Positions 18,908 to 29,366 of a stretch of 64,000 nucleotides of DNA are shown here, one piece after another. The DNA lies in NCBI GenBank assembly GCA_050952625.1, contig JBMNLH010000008.1, positions 1 to 64,000 of the forward strand. Direction: 5' to 3'. A model generated the notes under the pieces. It ran no database searches. It was given only the letters and a program-made list of their open reading frames with translations, and was not told the DNA's origin. The position numbers and the translations under genes are program-made. Numbering within the stretch: position 1 is the first letter of the stretch; each line of letters starts with the position of its first letter. The stretch comes from Bacillota bacterium. Its GTDB lineage: Bacteria; Bacillota; Ch66; Ch109.

Positions 18908-20778
18908 CCCGCATTCGGCATGTCAAAACTTTACAGAAAAAATATTTAAAAAATGTCCAGTATCTGGCAGGGACCGGTAAATTTATGTCGAATATAACTC
19001 TCTAAGATATTTCTTTGGGAGTTGATTCGATTGTCAATATTTGCTGGGATTAAGACCCTTAAACCAATGGCTGTTCCGGTAGTCACCAAGCTCTGTCGTC
19101 TAGCTAAGATTCGGGAACTGGTTAACGAGATAGTATTATGGAGAGAAGATAATTCTAAAATCTCTCCGGGTCTCCTGATCGAAACCCTCATTATTAGTAT
19201 CTTCTGCGGCCGGATGCCTTTATGGAAAGTGCATCAATTTTGGGCTGAGCAGGATTTATCTAACCTGTTTCCCGATGTGGAATTATCAATTGATCAGCTT
19301 AACGAACATGCCTACGGCCGGGCCTTAGATAAACTAGCTGAAGTTGATTTGAACAAACTGATCAGTTTGGTATCCTTGGTGATGCTTGATATTCACAATT
19401 TAGATATCTCCACGGTTCATCTAGATACTACTTCCATATCGGTCGAAGGAATCTATGATGTAGAGCCATACAACGATTTTACGATTAATAGAGGCCACAG
19501 TAAGGATCTGCGCCCGGACCTTAAACAATTCAAAATTGGGGCTGCAGTGCAACAAAACGGCCAAGTAGTCATGGGTGAAATGCTCTCTGGGAACAAATCT
19601 GATAACAAATGGAACCCGGAAGCAGCCTTGAAAATGAAAGAGTTCTTTGATACCCAAGGTTATCGGGATGTCGTTTTTGTTGGTGACTGTGCCCTGATCT
19701 CTAACGAATCTTTAGCCAATCTGACCAAGCAGCACGTTCAGTTTATCTCTCGACTGCCGGAAACCTATAACCTGGCGAAAGAACTAAAAACACTGGCCTG
19801 GGCCGAAAACTCCTGGCATGACATTGGGATAGTCAGTGAAACCAACTCGAAAAAGGCTTCTCACTACCGAACCTATTTGGTCCATCATGAACTGGAAGGA
19901 CACACTTATGATTTTGTGGTAGTTCACTCCTCTTCCCTGGAAGCCCAGAAAGAAAAGACCTTACAAAAACGGATCGGGAAGCAAAAAGAGGAGTTAATTA
20001 AACAGAGTAAAGGCTTAAAAACTAAGGCTTTTGCCTGTGAACCTGATGCCCAGGCTGCTTTAGATGTCTTCCTTCAAGAATGCCAGCGAAAAGGCTTTGA
20101 GGTTCAAGGAACGGTTCAGATCTGCGTCAAAAAGTCTTACGGTCACCGAGGAAAACCCCGCAATGGAGAAGAACCGACGATTACCACGACATATCACGCT
20201 GAAGTCAGTGTTGGCGATATAAAACCAGAGGTTTACCAGTACCTGCTCCAAATGGAATCTACCTTCGTGCTGATCGCCAATGTGAAAGATCGTCAAAAAT
20301 ACGATGATCAAGGGATTTTATTAGAGTATAAACGGCAGATCTCAATTGAAACCAAGTTTCGATTCCTCAAAAACCGCGTATATTTAGGCCCAGTATACTT
20401 GGAAAACCCGAAGCGAATTTATGCGCTAGGCTACGTGTTTATCCTGGTCTTACTGCTGGCTTCCTACCTGGAGTACCGAGTTCGCAAGGCCCTAAAGGAA
20501 CGAGGAGAAGCAGTGAAATTACCGGGAAACAAAAGTACAGACAGACCTTCAGTGCAAACTATACTGGAAGTATTGGGTACTATTCAAACAGTAAGTATTC
20601 AGGGTCAGAGATATTTTCCGGATAATGTTAACCGTCAAGCTTTAAATATGGTCCGTTGGGCCGGGTTTAACCCGGAAGAAATCTATCTCAAACCGATATC
20701 ACTAAACGCATAATTTGTGGAAATAGTTTCCTTTTGTTATAAATCAAAAAGGTTTAGGGCGACATGATGAACATGGGG
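18908..20778 (+). mobile_element. IS1634-family insertion sequence
   Basis: Imperfect IRs CCCGCATTCGGCATGTC / CCCCATGTTCATCATGTC; near-duplicated target TTTAA/TATAA. Confidence 0.85.
19022..20713 (+). CDS. IS1634 transposase
   Basis: HLDTTS, GHSKDLRPDLKQ, FVGDCAL, YKRQISIETKFRFLK. Confidence 0.92.
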   Translation: MIRLSIFAGIKTLKPMAVPVVTKLCRLAKIRELVNEIVLWREDNSKISPGLLIETLIISIFCGRMPLWKVHQFWAEQDLSNLFPDVELSIDQLNEHAYGRALDKLAEVDLNKLISLVSLVMLDIHNLDISTVHLDTTSISVEGIYDVEPYNDFTINRGHSKDLRPDLKQFKIGAAVQQNGQVVMGEMLSGNKSDNKWNPEAALKMKEFFDTQGYRDVVFVGDCALISNESLANLTKQHVQFISRLPETYNLAKELKTLAWAENSWHDIGIVSETNSKKASHYRTYLVHHELEGHTYDFVVVHSSSLEAQKEKTLQKRIGKQKEELIKQSKGLKTKAFACEPDAQAALDVFLQECQRKGFEVQGTVQICVKKSYGHRGKPRNGEEPTITTTYHAEVSVGDIKPEVYQYLLQMESTFVLIANVKDRQKYDDQGILLEYKRQISIETKFRFLKNRVYLGPVYLENPKRIYALGYVFILVLLLASYLEYRVRKALKERGEAVKLPGNKSTDRPSVQTILEVLGTIQTVSIQGQRYFPDNVNRQALNMVRWAGFNPEEIYLKPISLNA

Positions 20779-21357
20779 TATAAGACGAACAGGTGATTCG
20801 ACAGCTCCTGGTCGTCTTCGGTGACCCAAAAAGGCTTATCTCCGCCAAAGCTCCCCACCTTCCACACCACCAGCAACAGGTCATCCCGGCCATCGTTGGT
20901 GGCATCTGCCAGGACAAAGGCGGTCACCTGCCAATCGGCTGATGACCGCCAGATTTCTTGTCCCTCCTGAGTAACGCGCAGTTGCTTATCCTTAAGGACA
21001 TATCGTTCTACCTGTCCATTCTGATCGAGATCGTATTCTCGCACTTCCTCAACCTTATGAAACCAGGGGAAAAAATGAAAACCCATAAAATGGTACCCCA
21101 AAACAATCAACAAACCTGCTCCCAACAAAAAACCAATTGGTGAACCGTACTTTTTTAAATAACTCTTAACCATAATTTATGTGTTGGCCCCTATGCCGAT
21201 AAGCAGCATTATCAGAGAGTGAAAAACGATAATCGCGCAGTGCTTAACAAAGGTCAGCGATTGGTGGTTTACATTCTTTTCTCACAAGGCTTCCAGCAGA
21301 AGTAATCCAGTTTGCCCACCACAGGGGCGTGTGTAGTATCTCGCTCTCAGCCTCCCG

Positions 21358-21474
21358 ATTTATCTGAATCAAAAGACTCTCGCTTCTATAAGTGGGGGTT
21401 ACCTTGTTTAAACTTCAGGTGGAGTAGAGTTTTCATCTGAAGCCTCGATGTCAGCGAAGCTGAACGAGTTCACT
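21358..21474 (+). repeat. Dispersed ~120-bp MITE/REP-like repeat, copy 1
   Basis: TTTATCTGAATCAAAAGAC..ATAAGTGG..AAACTTCAGGTGG..CGAAGCTGAACGAGTTCACT; recurs at 24033, 49531, 62112. Confidence 0.85.
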
Positions 21475-23704
21475 CTTTATTCTCCAACTCCCAAGCCGAA
21501 ATATAGCGGCAAGGCCCTTCGGCCGTGTAAGACTTGGTCCAGTCAGGCTGTTTGGGAGCCTGGTTAGAAGCTTGGTTAGAAGACTCGTTTGCTTGAAGCA
21601 TTTCCTGCCACTTTCGATCCGTCAGCCGCTCATTGGCTGACCAGGGGAATTCGTAATAAGTGTAGACTCCGCCCCGGACAATCCGCAGTTGGCCTTCTAC
21701 CGGCACCACCGCATAAATCGGCGAAATATAACCGGTCCCTTCTTCCAGCACCAGATCAGGTGGAGCAGTGGCCACATCGGCCACCACCGGGGCTGGGTTT
21801 TCCCAAATCTGGGAGCGACTGACGACATTCTCTTCCCGTAAGGCTTCCAGCCAGAAGTGTTCCAGTTGCCCGCCGAAGGTGCGAATCAGGTCATACTCTT
21901 CTGTAGATAAAGGAGTGTTACTCAACTCTTTTTCCGAAATCGTTTTTAAGCTCAGGGCCAATTCCGCCATCCGCTCCAGGCTGGCCTGATCTCGTTCGCT
22001 CAAGAGGCCGCGGCTGGCCAGACCCTCGCGGGTCATAGTGGTCAGGGCCGCCAGCCGAGCGTATAGCTCGGGATTCGGTTCGACGTAGCCGCGATCATCC
22101 GGTTTCTCCGCTCCGCCTCCCCCGCCCATTTCCGCGTAGACCTGTTTGGCGTAAAGAATGGTATCGTGTTTAAGTTCGGTCCAACTGCTCAGGTAGGTGT
22201 TTAGTTCTTTGTGGGCCCAGGCCTGGTTCCGCATAAAGGAAGGATAACCCTCGGGTTTCTCCACTGTCAGCGGCAGCAAGGTGTATAACCAGTTCCAATA
22301 TAAATTCTGGGTCCAGGTGTTCTGATCAAGCCCGGCAATGTGGCGGCGCATTTTGGTCATGTTTTCCGGATAGTTGGCGTAATCAGTTTCTCCCATCTGC
22401 TGGAGCAAAGAATAAGCCGCGGTTGAGCCCATGGCCGCTGGAATATCCAGGCCTTTGGGCAAGAGCCTTCTTTCGCCTTGACTGTTCTCTCCTACTTCCC
22501 GGTAAACCAGCCGCTGAAAGATCGAGGCATCCAGGGTAAACCGCTGTCCCATAAACCGAAAACCCTTGATTTCCCGTTCCCGATCCGGCTGAATCGTAGC
22601 CTCAAAGATCGGAATGGAATTGATCGCGGGCGGTTCCAGTTCCTTGACTTTTTCTAAGAACCGAGCCCATTGCTCTTGATTGTCCGCTACCTGACTCAGT
22701 TTAACCGCTGAGCCGTATAATTCAGTCAGTAGCGCACTGTACTGGTTATAACCGAGGTCATCGCTTCGACCCACAAAAAAGCAGGTCGGCTGGTAGATCC
22801 TCTCCCAACGCCGAAAGTTATCCCCCTGGTTCAGTGCCAGGGTCATTAACACCGCGGATCTGGTTTCATCCTCGTTTTTCACCCGGAAAGTCATTCGACC
22901 GTACCACATCATGGTTTTAAAATAGTTTTTCAGTTCGTCTGATCCAGTGTAGTGTCCCCGGGGAATGTACTGCGTGTAGTCTTCTTTGAGATCCTCCAGC
23001 ACATCTGGACTCGTCACCCCCAGGCTCATCACCGGGGAGATAGCAATTCCCGCGTGTTGGCTGATTAGATTCAGTTCCTGATTAACTACCTCGCTGACGC
23101 TAGCCGGGATGTTTCCGGTCGGTTCCAATAACTGACTGGCCACTGCGAAAAAGGCGATGTTTCGCCGGGCCGCGTTTTCCCAGGCGGTCCCCTTCAGGTT
23201 TTCGTATTGTTCGATAGAGGCAGTCAGCATAGCCGGGTTCAGCTGTTTTAGTTCCGGAATCAACTGCTCCTTTTCCACACTTTTCAACAAGTGATTAAAA
23301 AACAGGTGGTAATTATGCAACATGGCATCAGTAGTGACCAAGCTGGGGACATAGTCATACCGGTTGGCTTCGTAAAGCTCAAAGAACTCGGGGTGGAGAC
23401 CAGGTACCACGACAAACCCATTCTCCGTCAAGCACTTTTGGGCTGCCGACGAGAATTCAAATCGGTCACGATTGCTGATGTTGCTGAGATCCGCGGCTGC
23501 CTGATAAGCCTTAACCGCTGGCTGGACACTTACCGGCACTTCCTGGTAAGGCGCGAACTCCGCCGCGAGGGTTAGTTTCCCTGAGCTAGCCTCGTGACTA
23601 GCTTGTTGCTGCTCGCCAGTCCTGCCGCAGCCAGTTGTCACAAACATTACTAGCAGCAAAGAAACAACTAAAGCACTAAACTTTTTCCCTTTCCACCGGT
23701 ACAT
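21470..23704 (-). CDS. DUF3160-family lipoprotein
   Basis: Lipobox-like TTGC, EDYTQYIPRGHY, SWTELKHDTILYAKQ, GYVEPNP, RLTDRKW. Confidence 0.85.
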   Translation of the reverse strand: MYRWKGKKFSALVVSLLLVMFVTTGCGRTGEQQQASHEASSGKLTLAAEFAPYQEVPVSVQPAVKAYQAAADLSNISNRDRFEFSSAAQKCLTENGFVVVPGLHPEFFELYEANRYDYVPSLVTTDAMLHNYHLFFNHLLKSVEKEQLIPELKQLNPAMLTASIEQYENLKGTAWENAARRNIAFFAVASQLLEPTGNIPASVSEVVNQELNLISQHAGIAISPVMSLGVTSPDVLEDLKEDYTQYIPRGHYTGSDELKNYFKTMMWYGRMTFRVKNEDETRSAVLMTLALNQGDNFRRWERIYQPTCFFVGRSDDLGYNQYSALLTELYGSAVKLSQVADNQEQWARFLEKVKELEPPAINSIPIFEATIQPDREREIKGFRFMGQRFTLDASIFQRLVYREVGENSQGERRLLPKGLDIPAAMGSTAAYSLLQQMGETDYANYPENMTKMRRHIAGLDQNTWTQNLYWNWLYTLLPLTVEKPEGYPSFMRNQAWAHKELNTYLSSWTELKHDTILYAKQVYAEMGGGGGAEKPDDRGYVEPNPELYARLAALTTMTREGLASRGLLSERDQASLERMAELALSLKTISEKELSNTPLSTEEYDLIRTFGGQLEHFWLEALREENVVSRSQIWENPAPVVADVATAPPDLVLEEGTGYISPIYAVVPVEGQLRIVRGGVYTYYEFPWSANERLTDRKWQEMLQANESSNQASNQAPKQPDWTKSYTAEGPCRYISAWELENKE

Positions 23705-23798
23705 TAAGTCCCCCCTTTTTTAAAGATAGTCGTTTGCAATTAGACCCCCATGCTGCTGGCAGCACTATCAAACATGAAAAATTATGATCGCGCCATTA

Positions 23799-23828
23799 TT
23801 TACGCAGGTCAGCGATTAGCGGTTTACA
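23799..23828 (-). promoter_or_regulatory. Candidate ECF-sigma promoter
   Basis: Minus strand TGTAAAC-17 bp-CGTAAA; homologous block at 21244-21273. Confidence 0.5.
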
Positions 23829-24032
23829 TACTTATTTTCGTTCCCAGTCTAGCCTGCTGACCGAGTTAAAAAACAAGCAACTGGACAAAAAGGGCCTTTC
23901 CGGTTTTTTGCATTTTTGGTACGAATCCGAAAAGTCTTGATGCCGGCAGTTTTCAAAAAGGGCTGACAAATTAGGGATCTATTACTATGTGAAACGATTT
24001 TCTCGAGAGAAAAGCGACAAAAACGAAAGCAA

Positions 24033-24149
24033 AGTGAACTAGTTCAGCTTCGCTGAATATTAAGGCTTCAGATGGAGACTATACTCCACCTGAAGTTTAA
24101 ACACGGTAACCCCCACTTATAGAGGTGGGAGTCTTTTGATTCGATAAAC
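24033..24149 (-). repeat. Dispersed ~120-bp repeat, copy 2 (inverted)
   Basis: Near reverse complement of 21358-21474. Confidence 0.85.
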
Positions 24150-24205
24150 TTTCCATATCTACTTACTATATCTTATATAACCCATATTCGCATATCAAAG
24201 CTCCA

Positions 24206-24739
24206 TCATGACCAGCCCCGCTCGTAGCTTTGAAAGCAATCCAGACACACCGGTTTGCCGGCTTGCAGTCTCGCTTTGTGCTCGGGAACGCCTTCGCCGC
24301 AGCTAGCACAGACCTGAGTGGCAAATATTCGGGCAGCCGGCGGTAAGCTGAAATGGGGCTGTTTAAAATCAAAAATCTCTTCCAGATCGGCATTTAACAG
24401 ATAAGCTTGCCGCTGGTCTCTTTCCATTTCCACCCCAAAAGGTTTTAACACAATCCGCAAGCCTTCCCCGGTCTGCCGTTTGAAAAAGGTAAAGGCCTGT
24501 TTGCCGGTCCCGCGGTAAATCAGGTTGCCCTTACCCAGGCTGCACCCGGTCAAGATCTGCACAGCGTCTACTCCGCAGGCATCATTTTCCGTTACGCAAA
24601 CAATCTCCTCATCCTGCGCAAAGGTAATCCCCATTTTCACCCTAGCGGCTTCGACTACTCTGACGCCAATCGCCAATCCCGGACACTCGTGACCGTGGAA
24701 GTCCACCGCTTTTCTCCAAGCAGCGAATATATTATCCGT
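24206..24739 (-). CDS. FmdE-family protein with C-terminal zinc finger
   Basis: FHGHECPGLAIG, ENDACGVDAVQ..GC..GKG, CASCGE..CLDC; frame extends to ACG at 24739 after GAGGAG. Confidence 0.85.
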   Translation of the reverse strand, partial: TDNIFAAWRKAVDFHGHECPGLAIGVRVVEAARVKMGITFAQDEEIVCVTENDACGVDAVQILTGCSLGKGNLIYRGTGKQAFTFFKRQTGEGLRIVLKPFGVEMERDQRQAYLLNADLEEIFDFKQPHFSLPPAARIFATQVCASCGEGVPEHKARLQAGKPVCLDCFQSYERGWS

Positions 24740-25141
24740 TGTAATCTCCTCTCGCCTCTCTTTAATCTAAGATTTTCCCTTTTTGCAGCTCCATCCTTAA
24801 TCAAACTTGGTTTATATGTTTGTTTATAATATAACATATGCTGCGGGGTAATTAAGTAATTTTGCGCCTAACCCCTAAATGAATTTAGAGGAATGCGGTG
24901 CAAGTGTTATCTTCAGCCTTCCTTAATCCAGTGCTTTTCTTGCTGCTTTTTTTATAAAAAGGCGAGACCAATACGATGAAAAAATTATGCAGCTATGATC
25001 TGGAGTAAAGCCATTGGAAAACTTAGGGTATTGGGGTTATGGAACCTGAAGAAGCGGGTCCAAAATGTCGGCTAACAGTTGAAGTGCTGGTCATGGGGCT
25101 TGGGCAGCCGGTAGATCTGCCCTGGAGCAAATCGACATCGT

Positions 25142-26438
25142 TCAGCCCCGCCTAAATTGAATCGGTTCCGTATCCGGGGTGATCGCTGCAAAGGCAAAAC
25201 CCATTTCCTTCAAGCCTTCGATAATCGCCGGCAGAGCCTCGGCGGTGCTTCGCTTACCGGGTGCATCATGCAGTAAAACAATGATCCGATCCTTACCTTT
25301 AGCCTGCTTTAGAGTATTAGCGATCAAGGACTGGGCTGACTTATAACTGCCCTCCGCATCGCCCGGGCAAACATTCCAATCGTAATACTGGTAGCCCTCT
25401 TCGATCAGTCGTCTAATGTATTGTTTTTTAAGAAAGGGATTTGAGCCACCGGGAGCCCGAAAAATACTGGGTCTAAACCCAATTGCCTCGACCAAAACGT
25501 CCCCACAGCGATTAATTTCCCACATCAAGGAATCTTCGGTCCGATAGATCTCGTTGTACCGGTGGGTATAGCTGTGGTTTCCGATCGCATGGCCGGCGTT
25601 GAGGGGCCTGCTGGACAATCTCTGGATGACTTGCCACCTGACGCCCAAGTACGAAAAAGGTGACTGGGATCCGGTGCTCAGCCACAATCTCTAAAATCCT
25701 GGGGGTTACATCAAGTGAAGGGCCATCGTCAAAAGTCAGGTAAGCCACTTTCGCTGGTTTTGCTGGGGCTAAATTGGCCAGCTCCGCGGGAGCGAAGGCA
25801 ACAAGAATAACCCGGGCTAATTCGCCTCGGTTCAAGGGATCCTCCGGCTCAAATCGGCTACTCGCCCTCAAGGTAAGGCTGCCCGCCGCCAACGCGGCCT
25901 GAATCTGGCTGGCGGCCCAGTGTTCGGCTGGCACATCTTTTAGTTCCGGCGGGCTTGTTGGAGAAACCGGGGCGGTCGATAAACTTACCGCTAAAGCAGC
26001 GGCTTCTGCCCGACTAATGTACTGATCCGGGCGGAAGGTGCCGTCTGGATAACCGGCCAAGTAACCAGCCTTAGCCACCGTCATTACCGCTGAATAGGCC
26101 CAGTGATCAGTTGGAACATCGTAAAAGCTATTTTCCACAACAGCCGGGGCTCCTAAACCCAAGGCCCTGACCGTAATATAAGCAGCTTGGGCTCGGGTTA
26201 CCGGCTCCCAGGGATGATAGGTTCCATCCGGATACCCGGTAATCAGACCTCGCTGAGCTAGATAATTAATAATACCAAAGTTAGGATTATCGGCTGTTAC
26301 ATCCGAAAAGGCACGGGCCCCAGTAGGTTGACCTTGAGCCTCTCCTAGATTGGCAGTAGTCAGCTGGGCACCTGTTAAGCAGAATAATAAACAACAAAAG
26401 ACGAATAGTCTGGCTCTCTTGATTAATGCGGCTCTCAT
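25142..26438 (-). pseudogene. SLH-domain polysaccharide deacetylase, frameshifted
   Basis: Three SLH repeats, LTFDDGP, then +1 shift at the G run 25603-25606 before GHAIGNHSYTH, FRAPGG, LLHD. Confidence 0.85.
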
Positions 26439-26861
26439 CGCGAATTACCTTCCCTTAATTGATACTTAAAACATACCAAAGTGGTATTTGTTACAGAATT
26501 AAATTAATATTGGTGGCGGCTATCCATAATAAGATATTCTATTACGATTTTAGCTATACTACAGAGATTCTCTTTTCTGGTGGACTCGAAGACTATCCTT
26601 CCTTTCACTTCGACTGCCAGGCGACAGATACTAGGAAAGCGATTTTCAATAATACCTCTATTTTTCAGCTTTTGTTTTCCATTATAATCTATAATTTGGC
26701 AATTTCCTAGATTAATAATCCCGGTCTTACTAATATATTTAAAGGTTTAACTCAACGTCTATTAAAAAACCCGTTGAGATTGTGATTATTTGCCAGGTTA
26801 GGCCTAAATTCAGTCGTTTGCTAAACAGCGGGGCTGGCGGCGGAGTCTCAACTCTACCCGA

Positions 26862-26913
26862 AGTTTGAAGAAGTTTGAAGAAGCCCCCCTACTTAATAGA
26901 AGTGGGGGGCCTT
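26862..26913 (-). repeat. Partial degenerate copy of the ~120-bp repeat
   Basis: CTCTACCCGAAGTTTGAA..CCCCCTACTTAATAGAAGTGGGGG. Confidence 0.5.
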
Positions 26914-26946
26914 AAAATCATGGTTAATTGCACGCTACTGAGAAAG

Positions 26947-28434
26947 CTACTTTACCGGACGGACAAAGGCTTCCCATACTTCAGCATCACAGGTACTGTA
27001 ACAATACAATGAATATCCAACCTTCGCCGTATTGGCTCCTATCACGGCTGCCCGCATTTCAGCCGCGGTGATCATCCCGGCTCCGATATCGCAACCCTGA
27101 AGGGCAACCTCAATCGGGACCTGACAACCGGCCTGCTTTAAAACAGTGACCGACTGAGTAATGAATTGGGCAACTTCCTCCTCACTATAGTCGCGGTTCT
27201 TCGTGTGCCAATAGTCCATTAAAATCACGCCGTTAAAGTTATCCGCCATGCTGGAAAACGGATAATACGATCGCTGCTGCGGAGGGTAGGTAATAGCCAG
27301 CAACGGGCATCCTGACCGCAAGCCAGCGTACGCTGCTCGAGAAAATTCCTCAATGATAGCCTCCGCTTGCCAAGTATCTCTAGGCAGTTCTTCAATATCG
27401 GCCGCCACAGCATCAAGATAATGGCCGCCAGGGGTCCGATAGTTTGACACCTGAGCAATCAACTCAGCGTCACTAACCGGGTCCTGCAAAGAAGTGTACG
27501 CCCAGCCAATTACCTTAATCCCCGCCCGGTGAGCGGCCGGTAATATAGAGTCGATCCAATCCTGCCATTCCTCGGGGAAACCCCGATAACTGGTGGCAAC
27601 TTGCAAGTATATTCGATCAATCTTTGCCTTGCTGAATTCCGCTAAATCATGGTTATCGGGTAATTCTGTATAAATGCTTGTCCAAACCCCTAGGCCGTCT
27701 AACAGCTTTTGCTGGTCTGAATCATTGCCCCGGGAAACATCTGGATCGTTATCCCTGCCTGCTGAAGCGGGCCTTAACAATGAAAAATTGGTTGATGGCT
27801 GGTCCATACTAGCAGTGGTTAGCCAACCCGCAATCCAACCAGTGCGGCCATCCGGCAAGGAAATTTTGTACCAATTATTCTGGTCATCCAGCACGGAAAC
27901 AATAACATATCTTGGCAAAACACCCAGCACTTTTTCTTCCAGCCCGGGAGCTTGGCGAACATTGATATAATTGTCATCAGTCGAGGCTTGTCGGGGAAAT
28001 ATGGTCACTGTCCGATTTTCTTCCTGCCAGGCCACCTGCCAACCGAGGTTTTCCGCGACCCAACGCGCCGGCAGCATGGTTCGGTCATTAATAATCACCG
28101 GAGCGATATCCATATTGCTCGCTTGCTTATTCACAATAATTTGTTTACTGCCAATGGTCAATTGAATAACCGTCTGATCTTTGGTCAATGTTGCCCGCTT
28201 GTTTTTGGGGTCCCAAGCCACCTGTGCCCCGCAGCTTTCGGCTAAGTAGCGAACGGGAAGTAATGTTCGGTCGTCAATTATTTGGGGAGCGATGTCCATG
28301 GTAATCAGTTCGCCATTATGTAAGTATTCCATTGAGTCAATGGTAAAAACCGTGTCTGCCTGGGCGATTGCTGGTGATAGAAGCAAGGCAAAAGAAATAA
28401 TCAGCCAAAGAAAAAGTATTGGTCTTGGTTGCAT
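26947..28434 (-). CDS. Secreted protein: copper amine oxidase N-terminal-like domain + SH3b + putative glycoside hydrolase TIM barrel
   Basis: Signal peptide, RTLLPVRYLAE..GAQVAWD, INVRQAPG..WYKI..GWIAG, GIKVIGWAY..AADIE. Confidence 0.75.
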   Translation of the reverse strand: MQPRPILFLWLIISFALLLSPAIAQADTVFTIDSMEYLHNGELITMDIAPQIIDDRTLLPVRYLAESCGAQVAWDPKNKRATLTKDQTVIQLTIGSKQIIVNKQASNMDIAPVIINDRTMLPARWVAENLGWQVAWQEENRTVTIFPRQASTDDNYINVRQAPGLEEKVLGVLPRYVIVSVLDDQNNWYKISLPDGRTGWIAGWLTTASMDQPSTNFSLLRPASAGRDNDPDVSRGNDSDQQKLLDGLGVWTSIYTELPDNHDLAEFSKAKIDRIYLQVATSYRGFPEEWQDWIDSILPAAHRAGIKVIGWAYTSLQDPVSDAELIAQVSNYRTPGGHYLDAVAADIEELPRDTWQAEAIIEEFSRAAYAGLRSGCPLLAITYPPQQRSYYPFSSMADNFNGVILMDYWHTKNRDYSEEEVAQFITQSVTVLKQAGCQVPIEVALQGCDIGAGMITAAEMRAAVIGANTAKVGYSLYCYSTCDAEVWEAFVRPVK

Positions 28435-28762
28435 TAGTTATCTCCTTTGTAAAATCTACTGCAAGTAAGATAAAGGGTAAACATCCTGGGAAAATGTAAT
28501 GAGTTAAATATAGGCAAATGTAATGAATAATTGTAATGTCCGTCTTTATCAAATGTTGGACGAAAAGATAGCCTTGCCCTTATAACGACAATAAAACCAA
28601 AAAAGGTACAGACAAACGTCAGACTATTTATTCTAAAAAGATGCCGTTTAAAATAAAAGGCAATAAAAACAGCTATCCCGTAAAAATCCAAGAATAGCTG
28701 CTAAATTACATTCAAATCAACATCCAGTTACTAAACTGGCTGCCCCGGGTCAGTAAATGGCC

Positions 28763-29011
28763 TTAGCGTCCTTTTCGGCCACCTCGTCCGACCCCAAAAC
28801 CTCGGCCACGGCCTTGGCCTTGACCTTGACCCATACCCAACCCACGTCCAATCCGCCTAACCAATCCCTGGACCGGGCCGGTCATCTGATCGCCGTCCGG
28901 TAATTCATTCTGACTCGGAACTCCGTCTGGGTTATTAATACGGCACCTACCCATGCCTCTGCCGGTCATTCGTCCACGACCGTCCGGACCGGTTCCATCA
29001 AAACGCGGCAT
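28763..29011 (-). CDS. DUF5320-family Gly/Arg-rich protein
   Basis: MPRFDGTGP.G.G.MTGRGMGRC signature. Confidence 0.85.
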   Translation of the reverse strand: MPRFDGTGPDGRGRMTGRGMGRCRINNPDGVPSQNELPDGDQMTGPVQGLVRRIGRGLGMGQGQGQGRGRGFGVGRGGRKGR

Positions 29012-29075
29012 AAAAATACCTCCTTAATCAATAATAACTGAGCAACAATCAGTTTTCTTGTCTCCTATTAGTATT

Positions 29076-29124
29076 TGAGCATATGCTCATATTTATTCTA
29101 CAACGAGTTATGAGCATATGTCAA
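29076..29124 (-). promoter_or_regulatory. SigA promoter with two TGAGCATATGCTCA-type operators
   Basis: Minus strand TTGACA-18 bp-TAGAAT; perfect palindrome 29076-29089, second site overlapping -35. Confidence 0.75.
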
Positions 29125-29366
29125 CAATAGGGTTGCCGTCTAGACAAACTATGCTACAGGCGGTAATTTTTTATACTATACCGATCAACTTAAGTCTAAA
29201 AACCCAGAGGTCCAAGGCTCACCGTGCAATTCTACGCTATACTCTGGGTTAAGAATCTTGACCTTAGCTTTATCTAAAAGAAACTCTCCATAATCATCCC
29301 ATGCTTCTTCATCTCCATTTAATGCTCTAATAGATGCTTGTTTGAAAAAGTGATTCGACAAGGTAA

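Larger units (their letters stand above)
18647..21173 (-). pseudogene. Membrane-anchored protein with DxDxNG-type repeats, interrupted by IS1634
   Basis: 20783-21173 and 18647-18907 rejoin in frame as ...NHLFVL(N/Y)LIRGKMKPVWFSS; N-terminal TM; DLDQNG, DATNDG, DINQDG motifs. Confidence 0.8.
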
